A stretch of DNA of 64,000 nt from Microcystaceae cyanobacterium. Lineage in GTDB: Bacteria; Cyanobacteriota; Cyanobacteriia; Cyanobacteriales; Microcystaceae. This document shows positions 54,624-64,000 of this stretch, piece after piece. The notes under the pieces were generated by a model. That model worked only from the letters and a program-made list of their open reading frames with translations, ran no database searches and had not been told where the DNA came from. Position numbers and translations under genes: made by a program. The stretch is taken from positions 1 through 64,000 of the forward strand of contig JBGTGT010000101.1 in NCBI GenBank assembly GCA_041746575.1, given 5' to 3'. Each line of letters starts with the position of its first letter. Position 1 is the stretch's first letter.

Positions 54624-54747
54624 GTTAAATTCTTTTTCCTCATTCAAGCGGAATTAGAATTTGAGATCCGTAGGGCGAAGTGCGATCGCCTTTTATTGAT
54701 AGAAAAAGACGAAAATAGATCGTTCGCCCCAAATTCTAGGAGAATTC

Positions 54748-56664
54748 ATGATGATTGCAACGAAGACAGTCTTTCCCATTGATTTAAGTACCTATCAAAC
54801 CGTAACTTTAGATCCTAGCCAACCTGAATTAACCCAATCCCAAAAAGAAGCCCTCAAAGCGAATATTCAACTTTGTCGGGATGTTATCGTCTTTTTCACG
54901 GCAACCGGCGCGGCCAGAGGTGTCGGCGGACATACGGGTGGACCCTATGATACTATCCCCGAAGTGATGATTCTTGATGCTTTCTTCAGAGGTGCGCCTG
55001 ATCAATTTGTCCCCATTTTCTTCGATGAAGCCGGACATCGAGTCGCGACTCAATATCTAATGGCTGTGTTACGGGGGCATTTACCTGCCGAAAACCTGCT
55101 CCACTATCGAGAAGCTCACTCTAAACTGCCCGGCCACCCTGAATTAGGACTAACCCCCGGTGTGGAATTTAGTTCAGGACGCTTAGGCCATCTCTGGCCT
55201 TACATAAACGGGGTTGCCAAAGCGAATCCCCATAAAGTGGTCTTCTGTTTAGGGTCGGATGGAGCGCAACAAGAAGGAGATGATGCAGAGGCGGCCCGTT
55301 TTGCCGTTGCTAATGGTTTGAATGTTAAATTACTGATTGACGACAATGATGTAACCATTGCGGGTCATCCCTCCCAATATCTCCTCGGTTATGATCTGAG
55401 TCGTACGTTAGGTGGTCATGGTTTAGCCATTTTATCGGGCAAAGGTGAAGACTTAGATGACCTCTACCGTCGGATGTGTCAGGCAGTGACGACAGAAGGT
55501 CCCGTTGCCGTGATTAACTCGCGGAAAATGTGTGTTGGCATCGAGGGATTAGAAGGGTCAACCCATGGCCACGATGTTATTTCCCTTGATTTGGCGATCG
55601 CTTATTTAGAAGAGCGCGGTCATGATGAGGCGATCGCTTATCTTAAGAGTATTCCCAAAGGGAAAAATCCCAATACCTATCTGGGTTCAGGCAGTGAAAT
55701 GGGGTCAAACCGTAATATTTTCGGAGATACGGTAGTTTCGATTTTGTCCGAAATGAGTCAAACAGATCGCAAAGAGAAGATTCTTTGTGTCGATAGTGAC
55801 TTAGAAGGATCTTGTGGACTGCAACAAATTCGCAAAGCCTATCCTGACATCTTCGTCAGTGGGGGAATTATGGAACGAGGGAATTTCTCGGCGGCGGCCG
55901 GTTTTGGCATGGAAAAAGGAAAGCAGGGCATTTTTGCGACCTTTAGTGCCTTTCTAGAGATGTGTATCTCGGAAATTACCATGGCACGACTAAACTACTC
56001 TAATGTTCTTTGTCACTTTTCCCATGCAGGGATTGATGACATGGCAGATAATACCTGTCACTTTGGCTTAAATAATATGTTCGCTGACAATGGCCTAGAG
56101 GACGGTTATGAAACGCGTTTGTATTTTCCGGCCGATGCAGGACAAATGAAGGCCTGTGTGAAAGCCGTATTTGATGACCCTGGCTTACGGTTCATCTTTT
56201 CAACCCGCTCTAAAGTGCCAAATTTGTTGGATTCATCGGGAAATAACCTTTATGGCGAGGGTTATACCTTCACACCGGGCAAAGATGAAGTGGTACGAGA
56301 AGGGACAGCCGGTTATATTGTTACCTTCGGCGATAGTGTGTATCGTGCCTTAGATGCGGTGGAGCGATTGAATCAGGAAGGCATCGAAGTGGGATTAATC
56401 AACAAATCAACCTTAAATGTCGTAGATGAAGAGATGATGCGGAAAATCGGTCAATCTCCCTTTGTGATGGTGGTAGAAGCCTTTAATCGTCGTACGGGAT
56501 TAGGCAGTCGTTTCGGGTCTTGGTTATTGGAACGGGGTTACACACCCAAGTATGCTTACCTAGGAACCTATAAAGAAGGTTGTGGGGGACTGTGGGAACA
56601 ATATCCCCATCAAGGAATTGATTCGGAGGGAATTATCAGTCATGCTCGTAATTTATTAGGTTAA
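54748..56664 (+). CDS. Atypical transketolase-family ThDP enzyme
   Basis: GHTGG, LPGHPE, GSDGAQQEG...DDN (ThDP motif), DSDLEGS, GIMER and FSAF motifs. Confidence 0.85.
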   Translation: MMIATKTVFPIDLSTYQTVTLDPSQPELTQSQKEALKANIQLCRDVIVFFTATGAARGVGGHTGGPYDTIPEVMILDAFFRGAPDQFVPIFFDEAGHRVATQYLMAVLRGHLPAENLLHYREAHSKLPGHPELGLTPGVEFSSGRLGHLWPYINGVAKANPHKVVFCLGSDGAQQEGDDAEAARFAVANGLNVKLLIDDNDVTIAGHPSQYLLGYDLSRTLGGHGLAILSGKGEDLDDLYRRMCQAVTTEGPVAVINSRKMCVGIEGLEGSTHGHDVISLDLAIAYLEERGHDEAIAYLKSIPKGKNPNTYLGSGSEMGSNRNIFGDTVVSILSEMSQTDRKEKILCVDSDLEGSCGLQQIRKAYPDIFVSGGIMERGNFSAAAGFGMEKGKQGIFATFSAFLEMCISEITMARLNYSNVLCHFSHAGIDDMADNTCHFGLNNMFADNGLEDGYETRLYFPADAGQMKACVKAVFDDPGLRFIFSTRSKVPNLLDSSGNNLYGEGYTFTPGKDEVVREGTAGYIVTFGDSVYRALDAVERLNQEGIEVGLINKSTLNVVDEEMMRKIGQSPFVMVVEAFNRRTGLGSRFGSWLLERGYTPKYAYLGTYKEGCGGLWEQYPHQGIDSEGIISHARNLLG

Positions 56665-56749
56665 CCCTCAAATAGATTCGTTTTGAGAGGAGGGGATACC
56701 GTTTCTTAGGTTGGGTTTTATTTGACCTATACATTGACATTTGCTGATC

Positions 56750-56909
56750 AACGTGAGTTCGACCATCAGAAAATCTACGAGACTTCTTTATTTAATTTTT
56801 TTGTGCAGGGGTTTTGGGGGGCTAGTACCCCAATCAAGAATTTGTTTTTCCTTATCCCAATGAGAACGGACAAAAAAATTGAGATAATTGCCCTCGTCGA
56901 ACTCACGTC
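56750..56909. mobile_element. MITE-like dispersed element, copy 2 (complete, ~160 bp)
   Basis: Perfect 13-bp terminal inverted repeats ACGTGAGTTCGAC (56751-56763) and GTCGAACTCACGT (56896-56908); homologous to 1-150. Confidence 0.8.
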
Positions 56910-57176
56910 GATAAGATCAAAAAGGCAAGAAAACTCGGTCAAAAATTGAATTTTAAGTTTTTGTGGCAAATTTTGAGCAGAATCCCTTTTCAACCTATCT
57001 CATCTATCTTAAGATAGATTTTTTATGACTTAACGATCTATATTTAGACAGAATCCGTAAAAAATAGTAAGAATTATTCTACTATCAGTCTTGATTAGAT
57101 TTAGAATTATTTAACAGAAAATTTCAAAATTTCGACTTAACCTTTAATTGTTGTCAATACAAGGAAAAAATTCATC

Positions 57177-58805
57177 ATGCCCATTTTGACAAATATTAGT
57201 AACCTAATAGCGTTACCACTACCCATTGCTCAGCTGGATGTCAGAACAACACCTCCTTGGCTAGATTTTTATGGAGACAGTGCAGGAGACGAGCTCATAA
57301 GATTTGGTAAAGCCTTTCTTATTCTGATAATTGGCTGGATTGTCGCTATTATCATTAAAAATGTGGTGCGAGGACTGCTAAAACGCACCAGCATTGATAA
57401 TCAAATCGCCAGTTGGATTGGCGGCGAATCAGCTAGAGAAATCCCGATCGAAAGCTGGATTGCGGAAGTTGTTTTTTGGTTGATTTTTCTGTTTGCCGTG
57501 GTGGCCTTCCTCAACATCCTGCAATTAGAATCGGTTTCTCAACCTCTCAATAGTTTACTGGGGCAAATCACCGTTTTTATCCCTCGTATCCTCGGTGCAG
57601 CTGCCTTATTAGGTCTTGCTTGGGTGTTAGCGACATTAGTCAAATTGATTGTCACTCGCAGTTTTGAGCGATTTAACCTCGATCAACGACTAGGACAGGT
57701 CGATGAAGGGAGTAATCAGATCCCTTTAAGTTCAACCATCGGCAATGCTTTATATTGGTTCATTTTTCTGCTCTTTTTACCCGCTATCCTTAGCACTCTC
57801 AGCTTAGAAGGGACACTCGTTCCTGTTCAAAGTCTGCTCAATAAGATTTTAGACATCTTACCCAATGTCTTTGCGGCCATTATTTTAGGGGGTGTTGGTT
57901 GGATTATTGCTCAAATTGTTCGACGGGTGGTGACGAATCTCTTAGCGGCCACGGGAATTGATCAAGCGGGTAGTCGCTTTGGTTTTACTCGTAACTTGGG
58001 GGTTGGTCGTCAATCGCTCTCTTACATTTTAGGAACGGTCGTTTATGTCCTTATTTTAATTCCCACCGCTATTATTGCCCTAGATGCGTTGAAAATTAGA
58101 GCTATTTCAGATCCTGCCACGGAAATGCTCAATCAGGTACTGGCTCTCTTACCTAAACTCTTTGCCGCAACGGTGATTCTTGGATTGGCTTACATTGCCG
58201 GACAATATTTATCTCAACTGGTTGCCAGTATTCTCGCCAGTATCGGGTTTAATAACCTATTTCAATGGTTAGGTCTTGCCTCGGCGACACCCACACCCAC
58301 TCGGACGATGGTTGTCGACACGGATATCAATGAAATTGTTGAGACGACGCCGACGCGAACCCCTTCGCAAATTGCAGGGGTTATTGTCCTTGTCACAGTA
58401 ATGTTGATTGCCACCTTAACGGCGGTAGATATTCTGGAAATTGAAGCCCTAAAAACCGTAGTGGGCGTAATTTTGGCGATCGCCGGCCAAGTCTTTGTCG
58501 GCCTCGTCGTCTTTGCCATTGGACTTTATTTATCTAATTTGGCTTTTAACTTGATTACCAGTTCCCATACTCGTCAGTCAAGAATTCTAGGACATACGGC
58601 TCGAATTGCGATTCTTGTGCTTGTTTCAGCTATGGCATTACAACAGATGGGAATTGCACCCAATATCGTCAATTTAGCCTTTGGCTTATTAGTGGGTGGC
58701 ATTGCCGTAGCGATCGCCCTTGCTTTTGGTTTAGGGGGTCGAGAAGTGGCTGGTGAACAGTTACGCAGTTGGTTAAATACCTTTAAAAACAGTAATGATA
58801 GATAA
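57177..58805 (+). CDS. TM_helix-repeat membrane protein (CmpX / mechanosensitive-channel-like)
   Basis: Repeated P...A...L..GW..A units; C-terminal ALQQMGIA...AIALAFGLGGRE. Confidence 0.8.
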   Translation: MPILTNISNLIALPLPIAQLDVRTTPPWLDFYGDSAGDELIRFGKAFLILIIGWIVAIIIKNVVRGLLKRTSIDNQIASWIGGESAREIPIESWIAEVVFWLIFLFAVVAFLNILQLESVSQPLNSLLGQITVFIPRILGAAALLGLAWVLATLVKLIVTRSFERFNLDQRLGQVDEGSNQIPLSSTIGNALYWFIFLLFLPAILSTLSLEGTLVPVQSLLNKILDILPNVFAAIILGGVGWIIAQIVRRVVTNLLAATGIDQAGSRFGFTRNLGVGRQSLSYILGTVVYVLILIPTAIIALDALKIRAISDPATEMLNQVLALLPKLFAATVILGLAYIAGQYLSQLVASILASIGFNNLFQWLGLASATPTPTRTMVVDTDINEIVETTPTRTPSQIAGVIVLVTVMLIATLTAVDILEIEALKTVVGVILAIAGQVFVGLVVFAIGLYLSNLAFNLITSSHTRQSRILGHTARIAILVLVSAMALQQMGIAPNIVNLAFGLLVGGIAVAIALAFGLGGREVAGEQLRSWLNTFKNSNDR

Positions 58806-58820
58806 TTAGAAAGGATTCAC

Positions 58821-58850
58821 GGGTAACTGGTTAAGGGTAACGGGTTACCC
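58821..58850. repeat. Degenerate heptamer repeat that can form a hairpin (GGGTAAC-type)
   Basis: GGGTAAC TGGTTAA GGGTAAC GGGTTAC CC. Confidence 0.6.
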
Positions 58851-58874
58851 ATCAGCGATTACTGAAATAAAACC

Positions 58875-60233
58875 ATGGATTACGATTTTGATTTGTTTGT
58901 TATCGGCGGTGGCTCGGGAGGAATTGCTACCGCTAGACGGGCGGCTGAGTATGGTGCAAAAGTAGGACTGGCAGAAGGGGGGCGTTTAGGGGGAACGTGT
59001 GTAAATAAGGGCTGTATCCCCAAAAAATTGATGGTATATGCCTCCCGATTTCCCGATCAATTTGCCGAATCCCAAGGTTACGGATGGAGCGCGGTAGAAA
59101 GTCATCTTGATTGGCCAAAAATGATTAAGGCGGTTAATCAAGAGGTAGAGCGGCTCAATGGCATTTACTTAGGAATGTTAGAGAAAGCAAAGGTTCAGCT
59201 TTTTCGTGCTTATGCTCAATTTCTAGATCCTCACACTCTTAGGATCGGCGAGCAAACCGTCACTGCCGCTAAAATTTTAATCGCTGTAGGAGGTCACCCT
59301 GTAATACCAGATATTGCAGGAATTGAACACGCTGTCGTTTCGGATGCTATGTTTACCCTACCCCAACAACCGAAAAACATCGTCATTATCGGAGCAGGTT
59401 ATATTGGTGTAGAATTTGCGTGCATGATGCAAAAATTAGGTACGAAAGTGACCCAATTAGTCCGTAGGGATAAGATTTTGCAGGGATTTGACGATGATCT
59501 CCGCACAACGCTTCAAGAAGAACTGGAAAGACAGGGTATCACCCTTTTCACTCAGACAAATCTGATCACCATTGAAAAGACCTCAGAGGGGCTAAAAGTT
59601 TATATTGAGCAAGAAAAAAGCAAAAAATCAACAATCTTGCTCACAGATGCTGTCGGACTGGCGGCAACGGGACGAAATCCCCAGATAAATTCGTTAGGTT
59701 TAGAAAAGGCCGGCGTCGTCGTTACTAAAGGGGCGATCGCTGTTGATCAATATAGTTGTACCTCCCAACCCCATATCTACGCGGTAGGAGACTGTACTGA
59801 TCGGCTCAATTTAACGCCAGTGGCGATTAATGAAGGCAGAGCCTTTGCAGATACAGAATTCGGCGGAAAACCCCGCATAATGAGCCACGAAAATGTTCCC
59901 TCGGCGGTCTTTACCACGCCAGAAGCAGCCACAGTGGGGCTAACGGAAGCAGAAGCCAAAGAAAAATACGGAGAAAATGCTATTTCTGTTTATCGAACGA
60001 AGTTTCGCTCAATGTACTATATTTTGCCGAATAAAGACCAAAAAACCCTGATGAAGTTGGTGGTAGAAAAAGCAAGCGATCGCGTATTGGGGGCGCACAT
60101 GGTGGGAGATCATGGAGCGGAAATTATTCAAGGAATCGCAATTGCCGTAAAAATGGGCGCAAAAAAAGCAGATTTTGATGCAACCGTTGGTCTTCATCCC
60201 AGTTCAGCCGAAGAATTTGTCACTCTACGGTAA
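58875..60233 (+). CDS. gor: Glutathione-disulfide reductase
   Basis: GGGSGG, GGTCVNKGCIPKK, GAGYIGVE, LTPVAI and HPSSAEE motifs. Confidence 0.95.
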   Translation: MDYDFDLFVIGGGSGGIATARRAAEYGAKVGLAEGGRLGGTCVNKGCIPKKLMVYASRFPDQFAESQGYGWSAVESHLDWPKMIKAVNQEVERLNGIYLGMLEKAKVQLFRAYAQFLDPHTLRIGEQTVTAAKILIAVGGHPVIPDIAGIEHAVVSDAMFTLPQQPKNIVIIGAGYIGVEFACMMQKLGTKVTQLVRRDKILQGFDDDLRTTLQEELERQGITLFTQTNLITIEKTSEGLKVYIEQEKSKKSTILLTDAVGLAATGRNPQINSLGLEKAGVVVTKGAIAVDQYSCTSQPHIYAVGDCTDRLNLTPVAINEGRAFADTEFGGKPRIMSHENVPSAVFTTPEAATVGLTEAEAKEKYGENAISVYRTKFRSMYYILPNKDQKTLMKLVVEKASDRVLGAHMVGDHGAEIIQGIAIAVKMGAKKADFDATVGLHPSSAEEFVTLR

Positions 60234-60242
60234 TTATTCAAG

Positions 60243-62564
60243 TTAAATCAATAAATGTTCCGCTTTTTCTATTTTGTGGGGTTCTGACTGACGCACTGCT
60301 TCGATGGTGTGTAAAATAGCTTCTGGTGTCGCAGGAGAAGGTAAGGGAATGTAATCGGGATTGCCAAAGGCAGAAATGGCTTCTCGGATCGCTTCTCGGA
60401 CGGAAATCGCCAACATAAAGGGGGGTTCACCCACCGCTTTTGAGCCATAAATCACACCGGATTGAGGGGCATTTTCTAAGAAATTAACAGTAAATGCCTC
60501 AGGAATCTCGCTAATGGTGGGAATTTTATAAGTACTCGGTGCAAACGTGCGTAATCTGCCCTGTTCATCCCAAACTAATTCTTCCATCGTTAACCATCCC
60601 ATCCCTTGCACAAATCCGCCTTCAATTTGACCTTTATCTATTAAAGGATTGAGAGATGCCCCAACATCATGGACAATATTGACTTGACGGAGTTTAAAAG
60701 TCCCTGTGAATCCGTCTATCTCGACCTCACTGACTGCCGCACCAAAGGCATAATAATGAAAGGGTCGTCCTTTGCCAATTTCGGGATCATAATACAGATT
60801 GGGGGTGCGATAATAACCTGTTGCCGCTAAGCTGACTCTATCTAAATAAGCTTGTCCGATCACCTCGTCAAAACTTACTCTCTGGCGGGGATTTTCTGAG
60901 CAATAAATCCAATCATCACTGAAAATTAATGCTTCTGGGGCATAAAGCTCTAATAATTTAGCCGCAACGGGGGCAAGTCTTTCTTTTAACGCTTCACAAG
61001 CATTTTTCACCGCTTGTCCGTTTAAATCTGACCCACTGGAGGCGGCCGTTGGTGAGGTATTGGGAACTTTATCGGTACTGGTTGGCATCAGACGAAAACG
61101 GTTAATATTAACGCCTAAGGATTTCGCGGCTACTTGTAACATTTTAGTATGCAATCCTTGACCCATTTCAGTCCCCCCATGATTAAGCTGAATACTGCCA
61201 TCAAGGTAAATTAAAATTAATGATCCGGCTTGATTATATTCATTTTTAGTAAACGAAATGCCAAATTTGACGGGCGTAATAGCCAAGCCTCGTTTTTTGT
61301 AAGTATTGTGCTGATTGAATTGTTGAATCTGCGTTTTTCTTTCGATAAAATGAGCTTGCTCTTTGAGTTGTTGCCAGACCGTTTGTAGGCGATTATCCCA
61401 AATTTCTTGTCCATAATGGGTTGTATTGGTTTCTCCTTCGCTATGGTAAAAGTTGCGTTGGCGAATATCTTCAGGAGATACTTTGAGATGACGGGCAATG
61501 TGGTCTATGATGTCCTCTATGACGACCATTCCCTGTGGCCCCCCAAATCCCCGAAAAGCCGTATTAGAAACGGTGTGGGTTTTCGTAATCCGTCCCCGAA
61601 CCGCTAAATTAGGGATATAGTAAGCATTATCAATGTGAAATAGAGCGCGTCCCATTACGGGTGGGGATAAATCTAAACTCCATCCACCATGGGAATATAA
61701 ATCAACGTCTAAGGCGGTAATTGCGCCTTTTGAGGTAAATCCAACGCGATAACAGCCTAAGAAGCCATGACGCTTTCCAGTCATCAACATATCGTCGTGA
61801 CGCTTTAAGTGAACTCGGACAGGTTGCCCCGTTTTTTGTGCCGCTAAGGCTGCCACTGCCGCGCTAGGATTGGCTTGGGTTTCTTTGCCGCCAAATCCCC
61901 CTCCCATTCGTAAACACGTCACCACCACTTGATTGCGAGAAATGCCTAACACCCGCGCAATGATAATCTGGGTTTCGGTGGGATGTTGAGTAGAGCAATA
62001 GACTTGATAATGACCTTCAGTGTCGGGAATCACCCAAGTTGCTTGTGTTTCGAGGTAAAAGTGGTCTTGTCCTCCCATTTCCACTTCTCCTTCTAATGTG
62101 TATTCTGATTTTTCTAAAGCAGTGATGGGATTGCCTCTCGTAATACTTTGAGTGTTTCCTTGAAAACTTTCGGCTTGTATTGCATCTTTGATGGTGATAA
62201 TTGGGTTCAAAGGATCATATTCAATCTTGACTCGCTTTGTGCCTTCTCTAGCGGCATTTTCTGTCTCGGCAACAACCCAGACTACCGCCTGTCCATAATA
62301 ACTGACTTCATCAGTTGGCAGTAAAATTTCATCTTGAGTAATTGTCCCTGTGTCATTAATGCCTGTCACATCGGCGGCAGTGATCACGGTGACGACGCCT
62401 GCTACCTCATAAGCAGAGGTCAAATCGATCTTTTGTATTTTAGCGTGAGCATAGGGAGATAAAACGGGATAAATTGATAGCATATCGCTGGGAATACGCT
62501 GATCATCGGTATAAGTGGCCTGCCCTGTAACGTGGTATTCTGCGCTTTCGTGATTTCTTTTCAT
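60243..62564 (-). CDS. xdhB: Xanthine dehydrogenase molybdopterin-binding subunit
   Basis: HFYLETQ, MGGGFGGKE, TAFRGFGGPQG, GTEMGQG, GQIEGGF and SKAVGEPP motifs. Confidence 0.95.
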   Translation of the reverse strand: MKRNHESAEYHVTGQATYTDDQRIPSDMLSIYPVLSPYAHAKIQKIDLTSAYEVAGVVTVITAADVTGINDTGTITQDEILLPTDEVSYYGQAVVWVVAETENAAREGTKRVKIEYDPLNPIITIKDAIQAESFQGNTQSITRGNPITALEKSEYTLEGEVEMGGQDHFYLETQATWVIPDTEGHYQVYCSTQHPTETQIIIARVLGISRNQVVVTCLRMGGGFGGKETQANPSAAVAALAAQKTGQPVRVHLKRHDDMLMTGKRHGFLGCYRVGFTSKGAITALDVDLYSHGGWSLDLSPPVMGRALFHIDNAYYIPNLAVRGRITKTHTVSNTAFRGFGGPQGMVVIEDIIDHIARHLKVSPEDIRQRNFYHSEGETNTTHYGQEIWDNRLQTVWQQLKEQAHFIERKTQIQQFNQHNTYKKRGLAITPVKFGISFTKNEYNQAGSLILIYLDGSIQLNHGGTEMGQGLHTKMLQVAAKSLGVNINRFRLMPTSTDKVPNTSPTAASSGSDLNGQAVKNACEALKERLAPVAAKLLELYAPEALIFSDDWIYCSENPRQRVSFDEVIGQAYLDRVSLAATGYYRTPNLYYDPEIGKGRPFHYYAFGAAVSEVEIDGFTGTFKLRQVNIVHDVGASLNPLIDKGQIEGGFVQGMGWLTMEELVWDEQGRLRTFAPSTYKIPTISEIPEAFTVNFLENAPQSGVIYGSKAVGEPPFMLAISVREAIREAISAFGNPDYIPLPSPATPEAILHTIEAVRQSEPHKIEKAEHLLI

Positions 62565-62706
62565 TGTGTATGTGTATTAGAAGGGTTAATCGTCAACAAT
62601 CTTTTACGATTATTAAAAAGTGAGAATTCTAGGGAAATTAATGTCTTTGTTAATTAGAAATACCCTATTATTTCTTTAATAAGCATTAATGATTATGGAT
62701 AATAAT

Positions 62707-64000
62707 TCATTGTCGATTCTCCATTTCTACAAAAAACTTTTCAAATAGATTTGCCACTAACATCTTGCGATATTCGGCACTTCCTCGTAAATCAGTCAAA
62801 GGGGTAAAAGTATCTTTCAAAAGGGATTTAATCTTTTGTATGGTATGAATATGCCAAGGTTTACCCTCTAAAATAGATTCTATTTCATAAGCTCGAATGG
62901 GTATCGCCGCTACCCCTCCATAACCGAGCCTTGCTTGAATAATAGATTGCTTCTCGTCTAAATCTACTGTAAATCCTGCCGCCACAATACTAATATCATC
63001 CGTTCCCCGTTTACCGATTTTATACGATTGACTGAGGCGACGCACCGTACCTAGCGGTAAGGTTTTGGGAATCTGGACAGAAACAATCACTTCTCCTTTT
63101 TTTAGGTCAGTTTGACGATATCCTTTAAAGAAATCGCCTAAAGGTAAAATCCGTTCTCCCTCAATCCCCGCAATACGTAACTTTGCATCTAAAGACAATA
63201 AAATGGGTGGCATATCGCCAATGGGTGATGCTGTACCGATATTTCCGCCTAAAGTCGCTCGATTTCGGACTTGACGTGCAGCAAACCAATGAATCATTTC
63301 ATCTATACTGGGGAAGACGCCTTTTAATCGTTCTTCAATATGACTGAGGGTGACTGCTGCACCAATTTCTACTAATTCGCTGTTTTGTTCTAAAATATGC
63401 AACTCTGTTACGGATTCTAAGGAAATTAAGAGGGGATAATCTTGGCGATGATGACTCAATTCTAGGCCTAAATCCGTTCCTCCCGCGATTAAAGTTGCTT
63501 CTGGGTGGTGTTGTAAAAGGTGTAAAACCGTTTCTAAGTCAGTAGGACGATAAAATTGATGATTTTCGTCTTGATAAATGAATTCTTGAGGGTTTGAAGT
63601 ATATTGTTTTAATTTTTCACTAAAATGGTCTTGAGGACAACTATCCGTCACCATTTTGGCCGCTTGACGAATGGGTATATAACCAGTGCATCGACATAGA
63701 TTGCCTTCTACGGAGATATCATCTACTTTTCCATCATAATAGCCAGAAAATAAGCTCATTATAAAGCCGGGTGTGCAGTAACCACATTGGGAACCCCCAG
63801 TCTTCACCATAGCATTTTGTACGGGATGCAGTTGTCCGTCTTGCACGAGTCCTTCAACTGTCACGATTTCTTGGCCTAAAACCGAGCCTAGCGGGATAAG
63901 ACAGCTATTCATCGCTTGGTAGTGAGGTTTTCCTTCGGTATCTACCCCAATTAGGGCAACCGTACACGCACCGCAATCCCCATCACCACATCCTTCTTTT
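62707..64000 (-). CDS. xdhA: Xanthine dehydrogenase small subunit (2Fe-2S + FAD), 5' end outside the window
   Basis: Frame stays open to the window end (KEGCGDGDCGACT); QCGYCTPG, GNLCRCTGY, AGGTD and ATLGGN motifs. Confidence 0.93.
   Translation of the reverse strand, partial: KEGCGDGDCGACTVALIGVDTEGKPHYQAMNSCLIPLGSVLGQEIVTVEGLVQDGQLHPVQNAMVKTGGSQCGYCTPGFIMSLFSGYYDGKVDDISVEGNLCRCTGYIPIRQAAKMVTDSCPQDHFSEKLKQYTSNPQEFIYQDENHQFYRPTDLETVLHLLQHHPEATLIAGGTDLGLELSHHRQDYPLLISLESVTELHILEQNSELVEIGAAVTLSHIEERLKGVFPSIDEMIHWFAARQVRNRATLGGNIGTASPIGDMPPILLSLDAKLRIAGIEGERILPLGDFFKGYRQTDLKKGEVIVSVQIPKTLPLGTVRRLSQSYKIGKRGTDDISIVAAGFTVDLDEKQSIIQARLGYGGVAAIPIRAYEIESILEGKPWHIHTIQKIKSLLKDTFTPLTDLRGSAEYRKMLVANLFEKFFVEMENRQ

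Noticed and set aside
54624..54747. TPP riboswitch upstream of a ThDP enzyme
   Set aside because: Lacks the conserved CUGAGA and ACCUGAU...GCGUAGGGAA core arrangement
56722..56993. ORFs of 75 aa (+) and 72 aa (-)
   Set aside because: They run across the MITE-like element and have no protein motifs; probably spurious

Overview
Chromosomal DNA from a unicellular (Chroococcales-like) cyanobacterium. HIP1 octamers (GCGATCGC) recur throughout, and the window carries petC-petA, psbQ, ndhD4-cupB, an nblB-cpcU-like pair, tRNA-His and a DUF2997-DUF1257-ferredoxin operon. Most of it is housekeeping or conserved-hypothetical genes. The main points of interest are: (1) a minus-strand unit at 25.6-29.2 kb with a Fur/Zur-like box, a doubly broken SLH-porin pseudogene and an intact Tat-exported DMSO-reductase-family molybdoenzyme with no partner subunits; (2) a ~2050-aa HstK-like kinase-ATPase-GAF-PAS protein ending in a second P-loop NTPase instead of a His kinase, next to a NarL-type regulator; (3) two copies of a ~160-bp MITE-like element that differ by one GC-rich hairpin module; (4) several enzymes with altered catalytic motifs (DUF39 sulfurtransferase homolog, PEP-synthase-like protein, alpha/beta hydrolase, E-H-S subtilase); (5) a CsbD / atypical transketolase / membrane channel / glutathione reductase cluster facing xanthine dehydrogenase genes. 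All calls come from motif recognition by eye and from memory of the families; no searches were run. Several start codons were moved downstream of the ORF-track starts.
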